Of a stretch of 64,000 nucleotides of DNA, positions 28,860-39,570 are shown piece after piece. Made by a program: the position numbers and the translations under genes. The stretch's first letter is position 1. Every line of letters begins with the position of its first letter. Location of the stretch: positions 49,741 to 113,740 of IMG/VR virus record IMGVR_UViG_2940228231_000002. One strand, written 5' to 3'. Source of the DNA: a virus. Taxonomy: Duplodnaviria; Caudoviricetes. The notes under the pieces were generated by a model. That model made no database searches. It was given only the letters and a program-made list of their open reading frames with translations, and was not told where the DNA came from.

Positions 28860-30374
28860 TTGTCAAAGAAGAAAAAAAGCGGTAATAAGCAAAAACAGAA
28901 AAACCAAAAGCAATCGCAGTCCAAAAACAAGGAAATGACAAAAGAGGAATTCCTAAAATATAAAGCGATGTTATCTAAACTTATGCTAAGCGACCTCAAC
29001 AAGAAGCCAAGCAATGTCTATACTCAATACACCAAAGACTTATATAGAAGATATATACAAAACCCGACTTCTAATGAGGCGAATATTAGAGAGATGTCAA
29101 ACTTCTTATATAGAGTGTCAATGCCATATCGTAGGTTCATCAATTATATTAGTGACATTCCCCTCTTCTTATGGAACTTGACTCCTATCACAGATCTGAC
29201 TGGAAAAATAGACAATGAAAAGATTTTAAAGGACTATACAAAGGCAGTTAATATGATTGAGAATATGTCATTGCCATTTGAATTCCGTAATGTTGTAAGC
29301 ACGACAATACGAGAAGGTGTATTCTATGGTTTTATTTATAGTGATAAGAATTCGTTCTTTATCCATAAACTAGACCCTGATTATTGTGCAATAAAAGAAA
29401 TTGAAGGTGGGTGCTTTAATTTTGCGTTTGACTTCTCATATTTTGATAAGAACAAAACGCAGTTAGATTATATGGATCCATATTTCACTACATTGTATAG
29501 AACATATGAAAAAGATAAGAAGAATTTCCAATGGCAGATTTTAGACCCTGCAAGAACTATATGTGTAAAAATAGATTCTGATATTTATGATGAAATCCTA
29601 CCACAGTTTATAGGGGTGTTTGAAGCATTGCTAGACTTGATAGATGCACGCTCTTTACAGAGAAATAAAGAAGAAATCCAAAACTACAAACTAATTGTGC
29701 AAAAGATACCAACATTTAATTCGTCTACAACTATAGACGATTTTAGTATCGACCCAGACACTGCAATGGGATTTTATAGACAGTTAAGCGATGTAGTCCC
29801 AGATCAAGTTGGCGTTGCCCTGTCTCCTATGGAGATAGACACTGTCACATTCCAAACTGACGATAATAGTAATGATTTAATATCTTCATCTATGAAGGCA
29901 GTGTTTAGTGATAGTGGTATTGCTCAACTATTATTCAACACTGAGACATCTGGTGCTGAAGGACTAGATGCGTCTATAAGAGTCGATGCTGGAATGGTAT
30001 GGAAATTAGTTGAAAGTATTGAAAGATGGGTTAGCAGATATCTCCAATATAATTTAAGTGGAAGATCTAAGTATGCATTTGAAATTCTTAGAGTTGATAT
30101 TTTTAATCAAGATGAAGTATGTGCTAGAGAATTAGCTTTAGCAAATAGTGGCGTGCCAAATAAATTAAAATTGGCGGCCAGTAGCGGTATACCCCCTTCC
30201 CGTGTAATGTCTGCGGAGTATTTTGAAAACTCTATTCTCAAGATACACGAGAAATGGATGCCACTACAGACTTCTTATACTTTATCAGGAAAAGATGGTG
30301 CTATAGTGTCCACAGGGGCTCCAGAGAGCTCTGGTGGGGATGGCTCTGGTACCGAAAAGGAAGTGATTGAATGA
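28860..30374 (+). CDS. Portal protein
   Basis: 504 aa directly after TerL; SPbeta-like features (REGVFYG, PLQTSYT). Confidence 0.8.
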   Translation: MSKKKKSGNKQKQKNQKQSQSKNKEMTKEEFLKYKAMLSKLMLSDLNKKPSNVYTQYTKDLYRRYIQNPTSNEANIREMSNFLYRVSMPYRRFINYISDIPLFLWNLTPITDLTGKIDNEKILKDYTKAVNMIENMSLPFEFRNVVSTTIREGVFYGFIYSDKNSFFIHKLDPDYCAIKEIEGGCFNFAFDFSYFDKNKTQLDYMDPYFTTLYRTYEKDKKNFQWQILDPARTICVKIDSDIYDEILPQFIGVFEALLDLIDARSLQRNKEEIQNYKLIVQKIPTFNSSTTIDDFSIDPDTAMGFYRQLSDVVPDQVGVALSPMEIDTVTFQTDDNSNDLISSSMKAVFSDSGIAQLLFNTETSGAEGLDASIRVDAGMVWKLVESIERWVSRYLQYNLSGRSKYAFEILRVDIFNQDEVCARELALANSGVPNKLKLAASSGIPPSRVMSAEYFENSILKIHEKWMPLQTSYTLSGKDGAIVSTGAPESSGGDGSGTEKEVIE

Positions 30375-30553
30375 TGCCAAAGGGAAGTAGATTTATTTAC
30401 ACCAACAGCGAGACAATCAAAGAGACTTTAGAAAAATCTAAATACCCCCTAATAAAACAAACAAGTGGCGGGTATTGGGTGTTTTTAAATAAAAATGAAA
30501 TTAATTTTTCAAAAAAAGATGATGTAATTCTAACTGATAGGATTACGTTCTGA
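30371..30553 (+). CDS. Small hypothetical protein
   Basis: Coupled to the portal stop; followed by a terminator (30556-30578). Confidence 0.65.
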   Translation: MMPKGSRFIYTNSETIKETLEKSKYPLIKQTSGGYWVFLNKNEINFSKKDDVILTDRITF

Positions 30554-30637
30554 TGACTGGCTTTCCAGTCTTTTTTTATGAGGCGAGTTTTTCAAAAACC
30601 CCTCGTGATTCTACAAGAAAGGAGGAGAAGCTAAAAA

Positions 30638-32143
30638 TTGGAAGGTAAAAAAATGAGTTTAGAATATTCATCTACTCTCGTTAGTATTGCAGACGCCAAC
30701 CCATCTTTTGATTTAGGTGTGTTGCGTGTTGCTTACACTGGAAAAAATAGAAATGGTTCCTTTATTAGTAAAGAATCTTTTGAGCGAGCAATTCCTTCTA
30801 TGTTCGGATGTCCTGTGGTTGCAAACTATATTCGTGAAGAAGACACAATCGGAAGTCACGATGGTGAGATTGTCGTTAAAGAAAATGGCAACATTGACTA
30901 TGTAAACATCACAGAGCCAGTAGGATTTGTGCCCCCTGGAGCTCAATGGAAGTGGGAAATTGTGCAAGATGAAGAAATACATCAGTATTTGACCACTGAA
31001 GTAGTTTTATGGAAGAGGCAGGAAGCCTATGCAAATATCAAAGAAAATGGAATTGTAAAACAATCAATGGAAATCACAGTAACGGATAGTGTAATGCTTG
31101 ATGATTATTTTCAAATTGATGATTTCTATTTCACTGCCTTTTGTTTGCTTGGGACAGCAGAGCCATGCTTTGAGTCTGCATCCCTAGAAGTGTTTGAACA
31201 AAAGAAAGATATGCAATCACAGTTGAATGAAATGTTTGAGGAATTCAAATTGGCATTCGCTACTGATGATAGATTTAATAATGAAGGAGGAGGAGAAGAC
31301 AAGATGGATAAAAAAGTACAAGAATTGTTGGAAAAGTATTCAATCACAGAAGAAGAAATTTCTTTTGAAATTGAAGGACTTACCGACGAAGAGCTTGAGA
31401 GTAAGTTTGAAGAAGTGTTTGGCGAAACTGAACCCGAAGATGAACCAGAAGATGAGTTAGAAATGGAAGTTGAAGACGAACCAGAATCAGATCCAGAAGA
31501 AGATAATTTTGCTCTATCGTCCGATATCGGAAGACAATTATATAAAGTAATCAGCTCAATTGAAAGAATTGAGTGTGACTGGGGGTCATATCCTAGATTT
31601 TATATGATGGATTTTGATGAATCGGCATCTGAGGTTTATTTTGAAGATGGAGAAGATGAAGTAATCTATGGTGCCCCATACACTTTAGACGGAGACGATG
31701 TTGTAATCGACTTTGAAAACAAAAAAAGAAAGAAATTTGCTTTTGTTGACTATGTTGAAGGAAATCAGAATTTCTCAATTTGTAGTTATGTTTGTGAAAT
31801 CGGTCAGAAAACGTCTGAAGAATTTACAACTAAATATGAGCAATTGAATGAAAAATATCAACAGCTATTAGACTCTCAAAAGCAGGAAAAAGCTAATGAT
31901 TTATTTGCAAAGTTTGAAGCTAAACTATCTGGCGATCAAGATTATAGTGTACTCAAATCAGAATACGAGAAATATTCTCTTGAGGAAATTGAGACAAAAT
32001 TATTCGCAATGATTGGTAAGAAAAACTTTGAATTAAATAACACAACCGTTAAAAAAGATAAATCATCGAAGGTGACATTGGACTTCAAGAAAGATGAAGA
32101 AAAAATCAATAATCCATACGATGGTTGTTTTAATTCTAAATAA
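30638..32143 (+). CDS. Prohead protease/scaffold protein
   Basis: NRNGS, QSMEI and FCLLG..EPCF protease motifs; acidic coiled-coil C-terminus. Confidence 0.8.
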   Translation: MEGKKMSLEYSSTLVSIADANPSFDLGVLRVAYTGKNRNGSFISKESFERAIPSMFGCPVVANYIREEDTIGSHDGEIVVKENGNIDYVNITEPVGFVPPGAQWKWEIVQDEEIHQYLTTEVVLWKRQEAYANIKENGIVKQSMEITVTDSVMLDDYFQIDDFYFTAFCLLGTAEPCFESASLEVFEQKKDMQSQLNEMFEEFKLAFATDDRFNNEGGGEDKMDKKVQELLEKYSITEEEISFEIEGLTDEELESKFEEVFGETEPEDEPEDELEMEVEDEPESDPEEDNFALSSDIGRQLYKVISSIERIECDWGSYPRFYMMDFDESASEVYFEDGEDEVIYGAPYTLDGDDVVIDFENKKRKKFAFVDYVEGNQNFSICSYVCEIGQKTSEEFTTKYEQLNEKYQQLLDSQKQEKANDLFAKFEAKLSGDQDYSVLKSEYEKYSLEEIETKLFAMIGKKNFELNNTTVKKDKSSKVTLDFKKDEEKINNPYDGCFNSK

Positions 32144-32163
32144 TTAAAGGAGGAATATCCACT

Positions 32164-32682
32164 ATGAAACAAAAATACGGATACGTTGAGACAAGTGCTC
32201 TTGCTGCAACATATGGCGGCGGACACATTTACTCAGTAGTCGCAGACGAAGTCTTAGAAAACGGCATGCTAGTTACTTTAGGTGCTGTAATCGACGCAGA
32301 AAACTATAAAGTTGAAACACCAGATGCAGATAGCAAAGTGGTTCTAGTTGCGAACCCTGCTCTTATCTACGACCAGAGCACAAAGGCAGCACAGGAAGAA
32401 ATCTACTACTTCATCGAAGGCGGAACCCCTGCTAGAGCTTACGACTTAATGGAAAATGATAGATTTGCTATCGTTGACTACTTAGTAACAGAGCCACTAG
32501 CTGGAGCTGACCAGCCAGTTGAAAAAGGCAATTTCTTAGTATGTGGAACAGACAGAAAATACAAAGAAGTAGCTGCTGCTGGATTTGACAAGACTGCTGT
32601 TGGATTTGCAGCAGAAATTGTTGAAATCGTTTATAAGTCTAACATGACAATCTACAGACTTAGAGTTGTTAAGAACGCATAA
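32164..32682 (+). CDS. Putative capsid decoration/structural protein
   Basis: Between scaffold and capsid genes; ENG motif; high-expression codon bias. Confidence 0.65.
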   Translation: MKQKYGYVETSALAATYGGGHIYSVVADEVLENGMLVTLGAVIDAENYKVETPDADSKVVLVANPALIYDQSTKAAQEEIYYFIEGGTPARAYDLMENDRFAIVDYLVTEPLAGADQPVEKGNFLVCGTDRKYKEVAAAGFDKTAVGFAAEIVEIVYKSNMTIYRLRVVKNA

Positions 32683-32702
32683 TAGAAAGGAGGCTATACA
32701 AC

Positions 32703-33710
32703 ATGAACGGAATTACTAAATTAATGATCGATACTGCTAAAGGCCAGGTAGTGAATTTCTCCAAAGGCGATGCAGAATTAGAAATCAGAAAACAATTTAA
32801 TACCCTATTGGGTCTTTCTGAGAATGCTTCTATGAAAGAAATCAGAAGAGCTATTAGAAAAAATAAAACTGCAATCTTTGAAATTATCGAAGATACCATT
32901 GACGAGCTGTTAATTAGCGGTTGGGGCGAAAATCCTTTCTTCCTTCAGTTTGTTGAAACTATCAACCTGAATGATGGAGATAAAAATGAATTCTATGTCC
33001 CTGATGATTCTATCTTGACTATGTCTAAATTCTCTGGTAATCATCATGATTTGATCAGACAGAAATTAGGTATTGGAAAGTCCTTCTCTGTAACCACTAG
33101 CTGGTATGGAATCAAGGTATATGAAGAATTTGAAAGATACGTTGCTGGCAGAGTTGACTGGGGCAAATATGTGACAAAATTATACGAAGGCGTTGACAAA
33201 GCTGTTAATGACATGCTATACGGTGCTTTCTTAGGTCTAAAAGACTTTATGCCACCAGCATATGCTTTCAGTGGAGATCCAACAGAAGAAGCTATCTTGC
33301 AGAGAGTTGAGATGGTTCAGACTGCTACTGGCAAAGAGGTAGTTATCGCTGGCCCTAGAACTGCTATTGCAAGAATCACTAACTTAAATAACGAAAAGTG
33401 GTCTGATGAAATGATCAACGAAAGAAATACTCTAGGTGGACTAGGAAGATGGAATGGAATTCAAATGATGAGAATCCCACAGGTGTTCGAGCAAGGCACT
33501 AGAAATTTCAAATATGACGAAAAGACATTCTACATTCTACCTCTTACTGACGAAAAACCAATTAAGTTTGTCTATGAAGGAGACCCTAGATATGTAGAAA
33601 CCACTGACTACGAAACTAACAGAGATATGACTATCGAAGCAATGTACCAGACAAAAATGGGATTTGCTACAATCGTTGGCTCTGACTACGCTGTTGGTAC
33701 ATTCGCATAA
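32703..33710 (+). CDS. Major capsid protein
   Basis: 335 aa; position; strong RBS and codon bias; terminator follows. Confidence 0.8.
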   Translation: MNGITKLMIDTAKGQVVNFSKGDAELEIRKQFNTLLGLSENASMKEIRRAIRKNKTAIFEIIEDTIDELLISGWGENPFFLQFVETINLNDGDKNEFYVPDDSILTMSKFSGNHHDLIRQKLGIGKSFSVTTSWYGIKVYEEFERYVAGRVDWGKYVTKLYEGVDKAVNDMLYGAFLGLKDFMPPAYAFSGDPTEEAILQRVEMVQTATGKEVVIAGPRTAIARITNLNNEKWSDEMINERNTLGGLGRWNGIQMMRIPQVFEQGTRNFKYDEKTFYILPLTDEKPIKFVYEGDPRYVETTDYETNRDMTIEAMYQTKMGFATIVGSDYAVGTFA

Positions 33711-33728
33711 TCTAAAGACGATTTTTAT

Positions 33729-33759
33729 AGTGGGGGGGTAACTCCCCCACTGTTTTTTT
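33729..33759 (+). terminator. Terminator after the capsid gene
   Basis: AGTGGGGG...CCCCCACT followed by a T-run. Confidence 0.8.
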
Positions 33760-33776
33760 GAGAAAAGGAGATAAAT

Positions 33777-34277
33777 ATGGGAAAGAACATGAAAGTTGGC
33801 ACTACTCCAACGCAGAATAAAATAAAAAGAAATCATGATGAATTGATTGAATGTAAGAGTGTAAGGTTTGGGCACTTGAGATACGAGTCTAAGAAAACAG
33901 GGAATATTTATGAATGGTCGAACTTTGGAGATTTGGTTATGGTTGAGTATGGAGATTTACTTCCATTAAAAGCATCTAAATCAAAGTTTCTACTAGAGCC
34001 TTGGTTTTTGATTGAGGATGATGAATTGATTGAAGAATGGGGACTTGGCGAAATTTACTCTTACTACAATGAATTTGATGACGTTGAGGATTTCTTAAGA
34101 CAAGATGCTAAAACAATCAGAAAGAAACTTCCTCGTGCGCCAAAAGGATATAAAGATTTAATCGCTCAGACAGCAGGAAGAATGCTGCGTGACGGGGGGT
34201 TAGACAGTTTAGCCTCAGTGAAAGTTATCGACGATGTGTTGAACACATCTCTAAAGGAACTTATTGGGGGAGAATAA
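33777..34277 (+). CDS. Hypothetical head-associated protein
   Basis: Position after the capsid gene; RBS. Confidence 0.7.
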   Translation: MGKNMKVGTTPTQNKIKRNHDELIECKSVRFGHLRYESKKTGNIYEWSNFGDLVMVEYGDLLPLKASKSKFLLEPWFLIEDDELIEEWGLGEIYSYYNEFDDVEDFLRQDAKTIRKKLPRAPKGYKDLIAQTAGRMLRDGGLDSLASVKVIDDVLNTSLKELIGGE

Positions 34278-34699
34278 TGGGAACATCTTATATGGTTGTA
34301 TACAACCGTTTCTTGAGTAAAGTCACAGACTATTTTATCTATGAGCTTACAGACGAGGACACTGTTGAATATTGCCACAATTTAATGATTTCAGCTATTG
34401 CGAATTTAAAAAAAATAGAGAATGATTTAACTGATGTTGATGAAGAGTTGCAGGCATTTAATGCAGAATTAAACAATAAAGAGATAGAATACATTGCCTG
34501 TAGGATGGTGTGTGAGTGGCTAGACCCTCAAATCAATAACACTACCCTAACCAAGCAATACATAGGCACAAAAGACGAAAAGTTTTATGCCCCTGCAAAT
34601 CAACTCAGTGAACTAAGAAAACTACGGGATGAAGGAATGGCTCGCGCCCAAAAAATTCGTAGGGATTATCTTTACTCTACTATGGTCGCCACAACTTGA
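34277..34699 (+). CDS. Putative head-tail adaptor
   Basis: Size, helical character and position. Confidence 0.6.
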   Translation: MGTSYMVVYNRFLSKVTDYFIYELTDEDTVEYCHNLMISAIANLKKIENDLTDVDEELQAFNAELNNKEIEYIACRMVCEWLDPQINNTTLTKQYIGTKDEKFYAPANQLSELRKLRDEGMARAQKIRRDYLYSTMVATT

Positions 34700-35001
34700 T
34701 CTACACAAAATACGGCAACATAACAGACGAACAATTTAAAAAATACAAAGATTCTATAGTGAGTAGAATATACGCCATATTGCCCATGAAGGAAACCGCT
34801 GTTGAAACTATTGACGAATATGTCAGTAGCCTCAATAGAGAACTGATTAGGAATATAGATGTCTTTGGTAACTGCGAGCATATATTGTCTGTCGTGTGTC
34901 TACTTGAACATGTGGTGTCAGAAGACAATCATGATATATATCGAAAAGAAGTGTTGAATTGCTGTAATATCGTATCGAGGGCAGGTGTTGTAAATGTTTG
35001 A
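34696..35001 (+). CDS. Hypothetical protein
   Basis: Coupled ORF in the structural operon. Confidence 0.7.
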   Translation: MIYTKYGNITDEQFKKYKDSIVSRIYAILPMKETAVETIDEYVSSLNRELIRNIDVFGNCEHILSVVCLLEHVVSEDNHDIYRKEVLNCCNIVSRAGVVNV

Positions 35002-36043
35002 AGCATATAGAAATAGGCTCGGACAGTATGGCAAGACCGACAAGGAAGCGTCTCAAGCACACAGAATCATGGTAAAGGAAGTGAGTTTTAAGAACTCACA
35101 ATCTTATAAGAGCGTCGTCATTGACGGCAAAAACTATGATGCTAGAATCACGAAAGATGTGAACGACACATTTAAAACAGGTAGCGGAAGTTACAGAATA
35201 GAGTTTAGAGACGGCGTATACTTCCCTCCTGGCACTTATATTAATGTCTATAATGAAACGTCGAAAAAAGATGACGTATGGATGTTAATCAACATTTCTG
35301 ATAACCCTATTTTCCCTTTGCATATAATCAAAAAATGTGCATATAACTTAAAATGGAAAAACGAAAATGGAGAAATTATCGAAAGAATGATTGCATTTGA
35401 CGATAGTTACAAAATTTACGACGGCATTAGAAACTATGGATATAGAACAAATCTACCAGAGGCTTCTCTTGTCGTGACAATTCCATATGACAATGAAACA
35501 ACAAACATCAGATATGATAAGCGATTCTTAATCGACTATGTCGGCACAATAGGAACTCCAGAAGCATATTCTGTTACAAACAGAAATGCCATCTCAAGAG
35601 TAAGTGACGGACATGGTGTGATTACCCTATCTTTAACAAGAGACCAGTTTAACTATACAAAAGATAACGCAGAGCTTATGATTGCCGACTATTATACAGT
35701 TGACATTCCAGAGCCACAACCAGATCCACCGTCAGAAATGGCACGGGCTGAAATAACAAACAAGGGCTCAAGTAAGATTACTATGGGCACTCCATATAAA
35801 GAATTTGTGGTTAATTTCTATGATTCAAATGGAAATATTGTTGAAGATGTTTTATGCAATTGGGAACTAAAAATACTTCCAGAGTTGATGCAGTTCTTTA
35901 CAGTTGTGGTTGAGGGTCAAAAAATCCAAATCAAAACTGTCTACAATGAGAATCTAATCAACTATTCATTTAAGCTATATTGCGAAAACGCCGATGGAAG
36001 CGTTTCCACAGAAAAAGCTATAAAGGTGGTGAGCGGTATATGA
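34994..36043 (+). CDS. Putative head-closure/neck protein
   Basis: C...LKW motif; Ig-like C-terminal region; position. Confidence 0.55.
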   Translation: MFEAYRNRLGQYGKTDKEASQAHRIMVKEVSFKNSQSYKSVVIDGKNYDARITKDVNDTFKTGSGSYRIEFRDGVYFPPGTYINVYNETSKKDDVWMLINISDNPIFPLHIIKKCAYNLKWKNENGEIIERMIAFDDSYKIYDGIRNYGYRTNLPEASLVVTIPYDNETTNIRYDKRFLIDYVGTIGTPEAYSVTNRNAISRVSDGHGVITLSLTRDQFNYTKDNAELMIADYYTVDIPEPQPDPPSEMARAEITNKGSSKITMGTPYKEFVVNFYDSNGNIVEDVLCNWELKILPELMQFFTVVVEGQKIQIKTVYNENLINYSFKLYCENADGSVSTEKAIKVVSGI

Positions 36044-36552
36044 GTACTGATAAAGCCTATGACATTATCCAGTACAAACGCTCTGTCATGAATAGCATTA
36101 TCAATGAGGATATTATTGTTAAAGCGATAAATGGCAAAGATAGTAACGGCGTACCATACGAGCCAGGAGATTTGTATTATACACATATATTCCCCTATGC
36201 ATATATCCCTGGCACAATAGACGTTGCTGGATGTTACATAACACTTGAAATGAACATACCGCAGGTATCTACCGCAAATCATTTCTTCAAAGACTTGTTG
36301 ATTAGTGTCACGGTGATTTGTCACCAAGACATAATGCAAATGTGTGAAGGAGAACCATTGGGGGCCACTGGAGCCACGAGAGCCGATTTTGTTGCGGCGG
36401 AGGTAGACAAGCTTCTAAACAACTCAGTTGGTATCGTGGGGACAAAGGAACTAGAAAGAGTTTCTAATATTGAAGGAGCGATTGACCCAGCACATCGCTG
36501 CCGTATTATCAGATACAGGACTAGCGTTCCTGCTAAGAGTTTGTGTGACTGA
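36040..36552 (+). CDS. Putative tail completion/terminator protein
   Basis: IFPY.YIP and R.D motifs; position. Confidence 0.55.
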   Translation: MSTDKAYDIIQYKRSVMNSIINEDIIVKAINGKDSNGVPYEPGDLYYTHIFPYAYIPGTIDVAGCYITLEMNIPQVSTANHFFKDLLISVTVICHQDIMQMCEGEPLGATGATRADFVAAEVDKLLNNSVGIVGTKELERVSNIEGAIDPAHRCRIIRYRTSVPAKSLCD

Positions 36553-36553
36553 T

Positions 36554-37279
36554 ATGGATGAATTAAATCTACTACGTGGAGGTAAACACGAGATCAATGA
36601 TAAAATCTCTATCAACTCCCCTACCCTTGGCGAAATATTAGAATATGGAGAGGATAGATACTGGGCACTTGTAAGTTCACTAACAGCGACAAGCTACGAT
36701 TTCAGATTTGCTCTGGACGACGCTGGCATCGACTATGAAGATGTTGATGATTTCACTGTGTTTGGACTTGCGATAAGTGGGCTCTCTATAGAAGATAGTC
36801 GTATTTTATTTGGCGACTTGCATCTTGACAATTTCACCCCGATAGATGAAGAGGAAGATGAGGGAATAATCTACAAAAACTTTGAAGACAGAGTGAATAT
36901 AGATATTGTGATATATGAGCTTATCGTATCGTATTTACGAAAGCTACATGGATTTAAGCGCAACTATAAAGTTGCTGGAAATAAAGCGGCTCGGAAATTC
37001 TACATGGAAGAAGAGCGCAGAATATTAGAAGAAAAAGCAAAAAAGGGCGAAAAAATGGATTCATTGCTCGCACCGTTAGTATCTTCTATGGTTAATTGTA
37101 ACGATTTCAAATATAACTATGAAACCGTTTGGCAATTACCTTTATATACATTTATGGATTCTGTTAAAAGGATTCAAAAAATAAGTGATTACCGTAATTT
37201 AATGGTAGGCGTTAACACTGGAAACATAGATGTTAGCAAAATACCATCAGAACGGTTTAATTGGCTAGGAGGGTTATAA
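36554..37279 (+). CDS. Hypothetical tail-region protein
   Basis: Start MDELN; position before the major tail gene. Confidence 0.7.
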   Translation: MDELNLLRGGKHEINDKISINSPTLGEILEYGEDRYWALVSSLTATSYDFRFALDDAGIDYEDVDDFTVFGLAISGLSIEDSRILFGDLHLDNFTPIDEEEDEGIIYKNFEDRVNIDIVIYELIVSYLRKLHGFKRNYKVAGNKAARKFYMEEERRILEEKAKKGEKMDSLLAPLVSSMVNCNDFKYNYETVWQLPLYTFMDSVKRIQKISDYRNLMVGVNTGNIDVSKIPSERFNWLGGL

Positions 37280-37316
37280 CACTCTTCTTTTTTTAATTTA
37301 AGGAGGAAAATCTACA

Positions 37317-38096
37317 ATGCTAAATATTGAAAACTTAGTCATTAATAGAGTTCTTAGAGGTACTCTCGTTGACAAAGCAACAGGCGAAATTATCGTTAGT
37401 GTTGATCAGATTTCTGATGCTTCTTTGGAATGTTCAGGAGAACAGGTATTTACCAATGACGCATTAGGACAGAAAATTGCCGCATTTGACAGAAGTAAAG
37501 ATGCTAAGTTCACTGCATCTAACGCTCTAATCAACTTTGGACTTATGGCTGCACAGCTTGGTTCAGAGAAAGAAATCGCAGACGCAACTAACAAAATTGT
37601 TGTTCCTGCATTTGAATTGATTGACGTTGAAGACCCAAATACTGTTGAATTGCTTGCTGAACCTTATGGTGAATTGAAATATATCTACTCTACTCATGCA
37701 GACAAGAGCAAGAATATGAAATACACAGTAGGTGTAGCTGCAACTGATACTGAATTTGCTATCTCTGGAAAGACTATCACTCTTCCAACTGGTGCGTTTG
37801 CAAAAGGCGACAGAGTGGCTGTATGGTACGAAAGAGAAACTGAAAATGCAGTTAAGATCAGAAACACTACAACTGACTTCTCTAAGGGTGGTAAGTTTAT
37901 CCTAGAAGTATTAGCTTGCGACGTATGTGACGTTAACACTGAATACTACACTTATGTTATCTTTGGTAACGGTAAGATGGACAACAACATCACTATCGAC
38001 TTCTCTAATGAGGCAAAACAACAGTTCGTTGTAAATGCACTTCAGGATTACTGTTCTGCTGAAAACGAATTATTCTCTATTGTCGTTGCTGACTAA
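37317..38096 (+). CDS. Major tail tube protein
   Basis: 259 aa, beta-rich; strong RBS and codon bias; position. Confidence 0.65.
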   Translation: MLNIENLVINRVLRGTLVDKATGEIIVSVDQISDASLECSGEQVFTNDALGQKIAAFDRSKDAKFTASNALINFGLMAAQLGSEKEIADATNKIVVPAFELIDVEDPNTVELLAEPYGELKYIYSTHADKSKNMKYTVGVAATDTEFAISGKTITLPTGAFAKGDRVAVWYERETENAVKIRNTTTDFSKGGKFILEVLACDVCDVNTEYYTYVIFGNGKMDNNITIDFSNEAKQQFVVNALQDYCSAENELFSIVVAD

Positions 38097-38111
38097 TTCG
38101 GCGGTGATGAT

Positions 38112-38480
38112 ATGAAAAAGGAAAAACTAGATCATAAATGCGTAATATGTGGCACTATGTATCATTCTTGCGACAACTGTCAGCAGATTAAAACATACAC
38201 TCCTTGGAGAAGTTTGTGTGATACTTTTGACCACTATCAAGTTTGGCTATCTATTCGTTCTTATCAGGACGGACTGGACTCTCTTGAGGAGACAATCGCC
38301 AATCTCGAAAGAGCTGGCGTTAATAAAAAGTCTTATGCTGATTGGCCACAAGGTGTGAAAGACATTCTTGACGGCATTTTTGCACAGGCGACACAAAAGA
38401 AACCTGCCCGTAAAACCGAAAAGACTGAATTAGAAACCCCAAAAACTGACGTGATGAAAAACGCAGAATCTGAAGAATAA
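38112..38480 (+). CDS. Zn-finger hypothetical protein
   Basis: CVIC...CDNC...WR..C motif. Confidence 0.7.
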   Translation: MKKEKLDHKCVICGTMYHSCDNCQQIKTYTPWRSLCDTFDHYQVWLSIRSYQDGLDSLEETIANLERAGVNKKSYADWPQGVKDILDGIFAQATQKKPARKTEKTELETPKTDVMKNAESEE

Positions 38481-38538
38481 GGATGAGAGGGACAAAATGG
38501 GATTGACCAGTCTTATTTTGCCCTCTTTTTTCACTACT

Positions 38539-38967
38539 ATGGAAATAAAATTAACAATTGACCAAAATTGCGTTGACAACTATAACGCAGAGTATTTTAA
38601 AGCACATCCACGTGCAAAGAAACCGCCGATAAAGGCACCGCAGCACCCTACCCTCAATTGGTATATGACAGCCAACAATATGTCGGCAAATAATGTAAAG
38701 CAACATTGGAAGAATTTAATCTTTAATATTGCCAATGAAATGTCATTTGCAGATATGGGGATAGAAAAGTGCGAGATACAATACAAGACATATTTCAAAA
38801 CAAACAGGCTAATGGACTTGGACAATATAACTCCTAAGTTCATATTAGACGGTCTAGTTCATGCCAATGTATTGGTTGCCGACGATTACAAGCATATCAC
38901 GAAGCTAACTACAGAGGCAGACGTTGACAAGTCGAACCCCAGAATTGAAATGGTTATTGTATTTTAA
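38539..38967 (+). CDS. RusA-like Holliday junction resolvase/endonuclease
   Basis: DLDNITPKFILDGL...ADD...PRIE signature. Confidence 0.8.
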   Translation: MEIKLTIDQNCVDNYNAEYFKAHPRAKKPPIKAPQHPTLNWYMTANNMSANNVKQHWKNLIFNIANEMSFADMGIEKCEIQYKTYFKTNRLMDLDNITPKFILDGLVHANVLVADDYKHITKLTTEADVDKSNPRIEMVIVF

Positions 38968-38987
38968 GAAAAAAGGAGAAAAACAAA

Positions 38988-39557
38988 ATGGAAAAAATGG
39001 ATAAAAATATTGCTGAAAAACTATATAAAGCGACAAAAGATAAGTGGGAAGAAACCACAACACACACTTTTAAAATTGGAGAAGAAGATGAAGTAACCAC
39101 TACGGTGATGACATGCATTCCAGCGGGAGATATTCAAAACATTGTTGACTTAGTAACAATTGCCTCATTTATGAGAGGCGAAAGAGATCTCGTTGCAGAA
39201 AAGACATATTTAGCTAGATGCATCATTGAATATTTGACTGATATTCCAACCCCGCAAATTGAAAGCGAAAACGAAGATGGTGAGGTTGAGCTTATTGACG
39301 ATTTGAATGTTTGCTTTGAATTAGTGTTTGGTGCAGGTGGTCTTTGGCGCAATCAAGGGTTTGCTCAACTATATAATGATTTAGCAGGAATCATCAGTAG
39401 TCAGTGTGCTCAGATAAGCGATACAAAAACACCAGTTAATTTTTTAGCAGAGAAGATATTAGATTTGTATCAAATCAGTAAACATGAAATTTCAAAAATC
39501 TTAGATGACCCAGATACATTTATTAACAATGTTCTAAATGTCGTTGAGAACAAGTAA
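38988..39557 (+). CDS. Hypothetical protein (possible tail assembly chaperone)
   Basis: Acidic; lies between the tail tube and tape measure genes. Confidence 0.65.
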   Translation: MEKMDKNIAEKLYKATKDKWEETTTHTFKIGEEDEVTTTVMTCIPAGDIQNIVDLVTIASFMRGERDLVAEKTYLARCIIEYLTDIPTPQIESENEDGEVELIDDLNVCFELVFGAGGLWRNQGFAQLYNDLAGIISSQCAQISDTKTPVNFLAEKILDLYQISKHEISKILDDPDTFINNVLNVVENK

Positions 39558-39570
39558 ATGAAAGATTGGA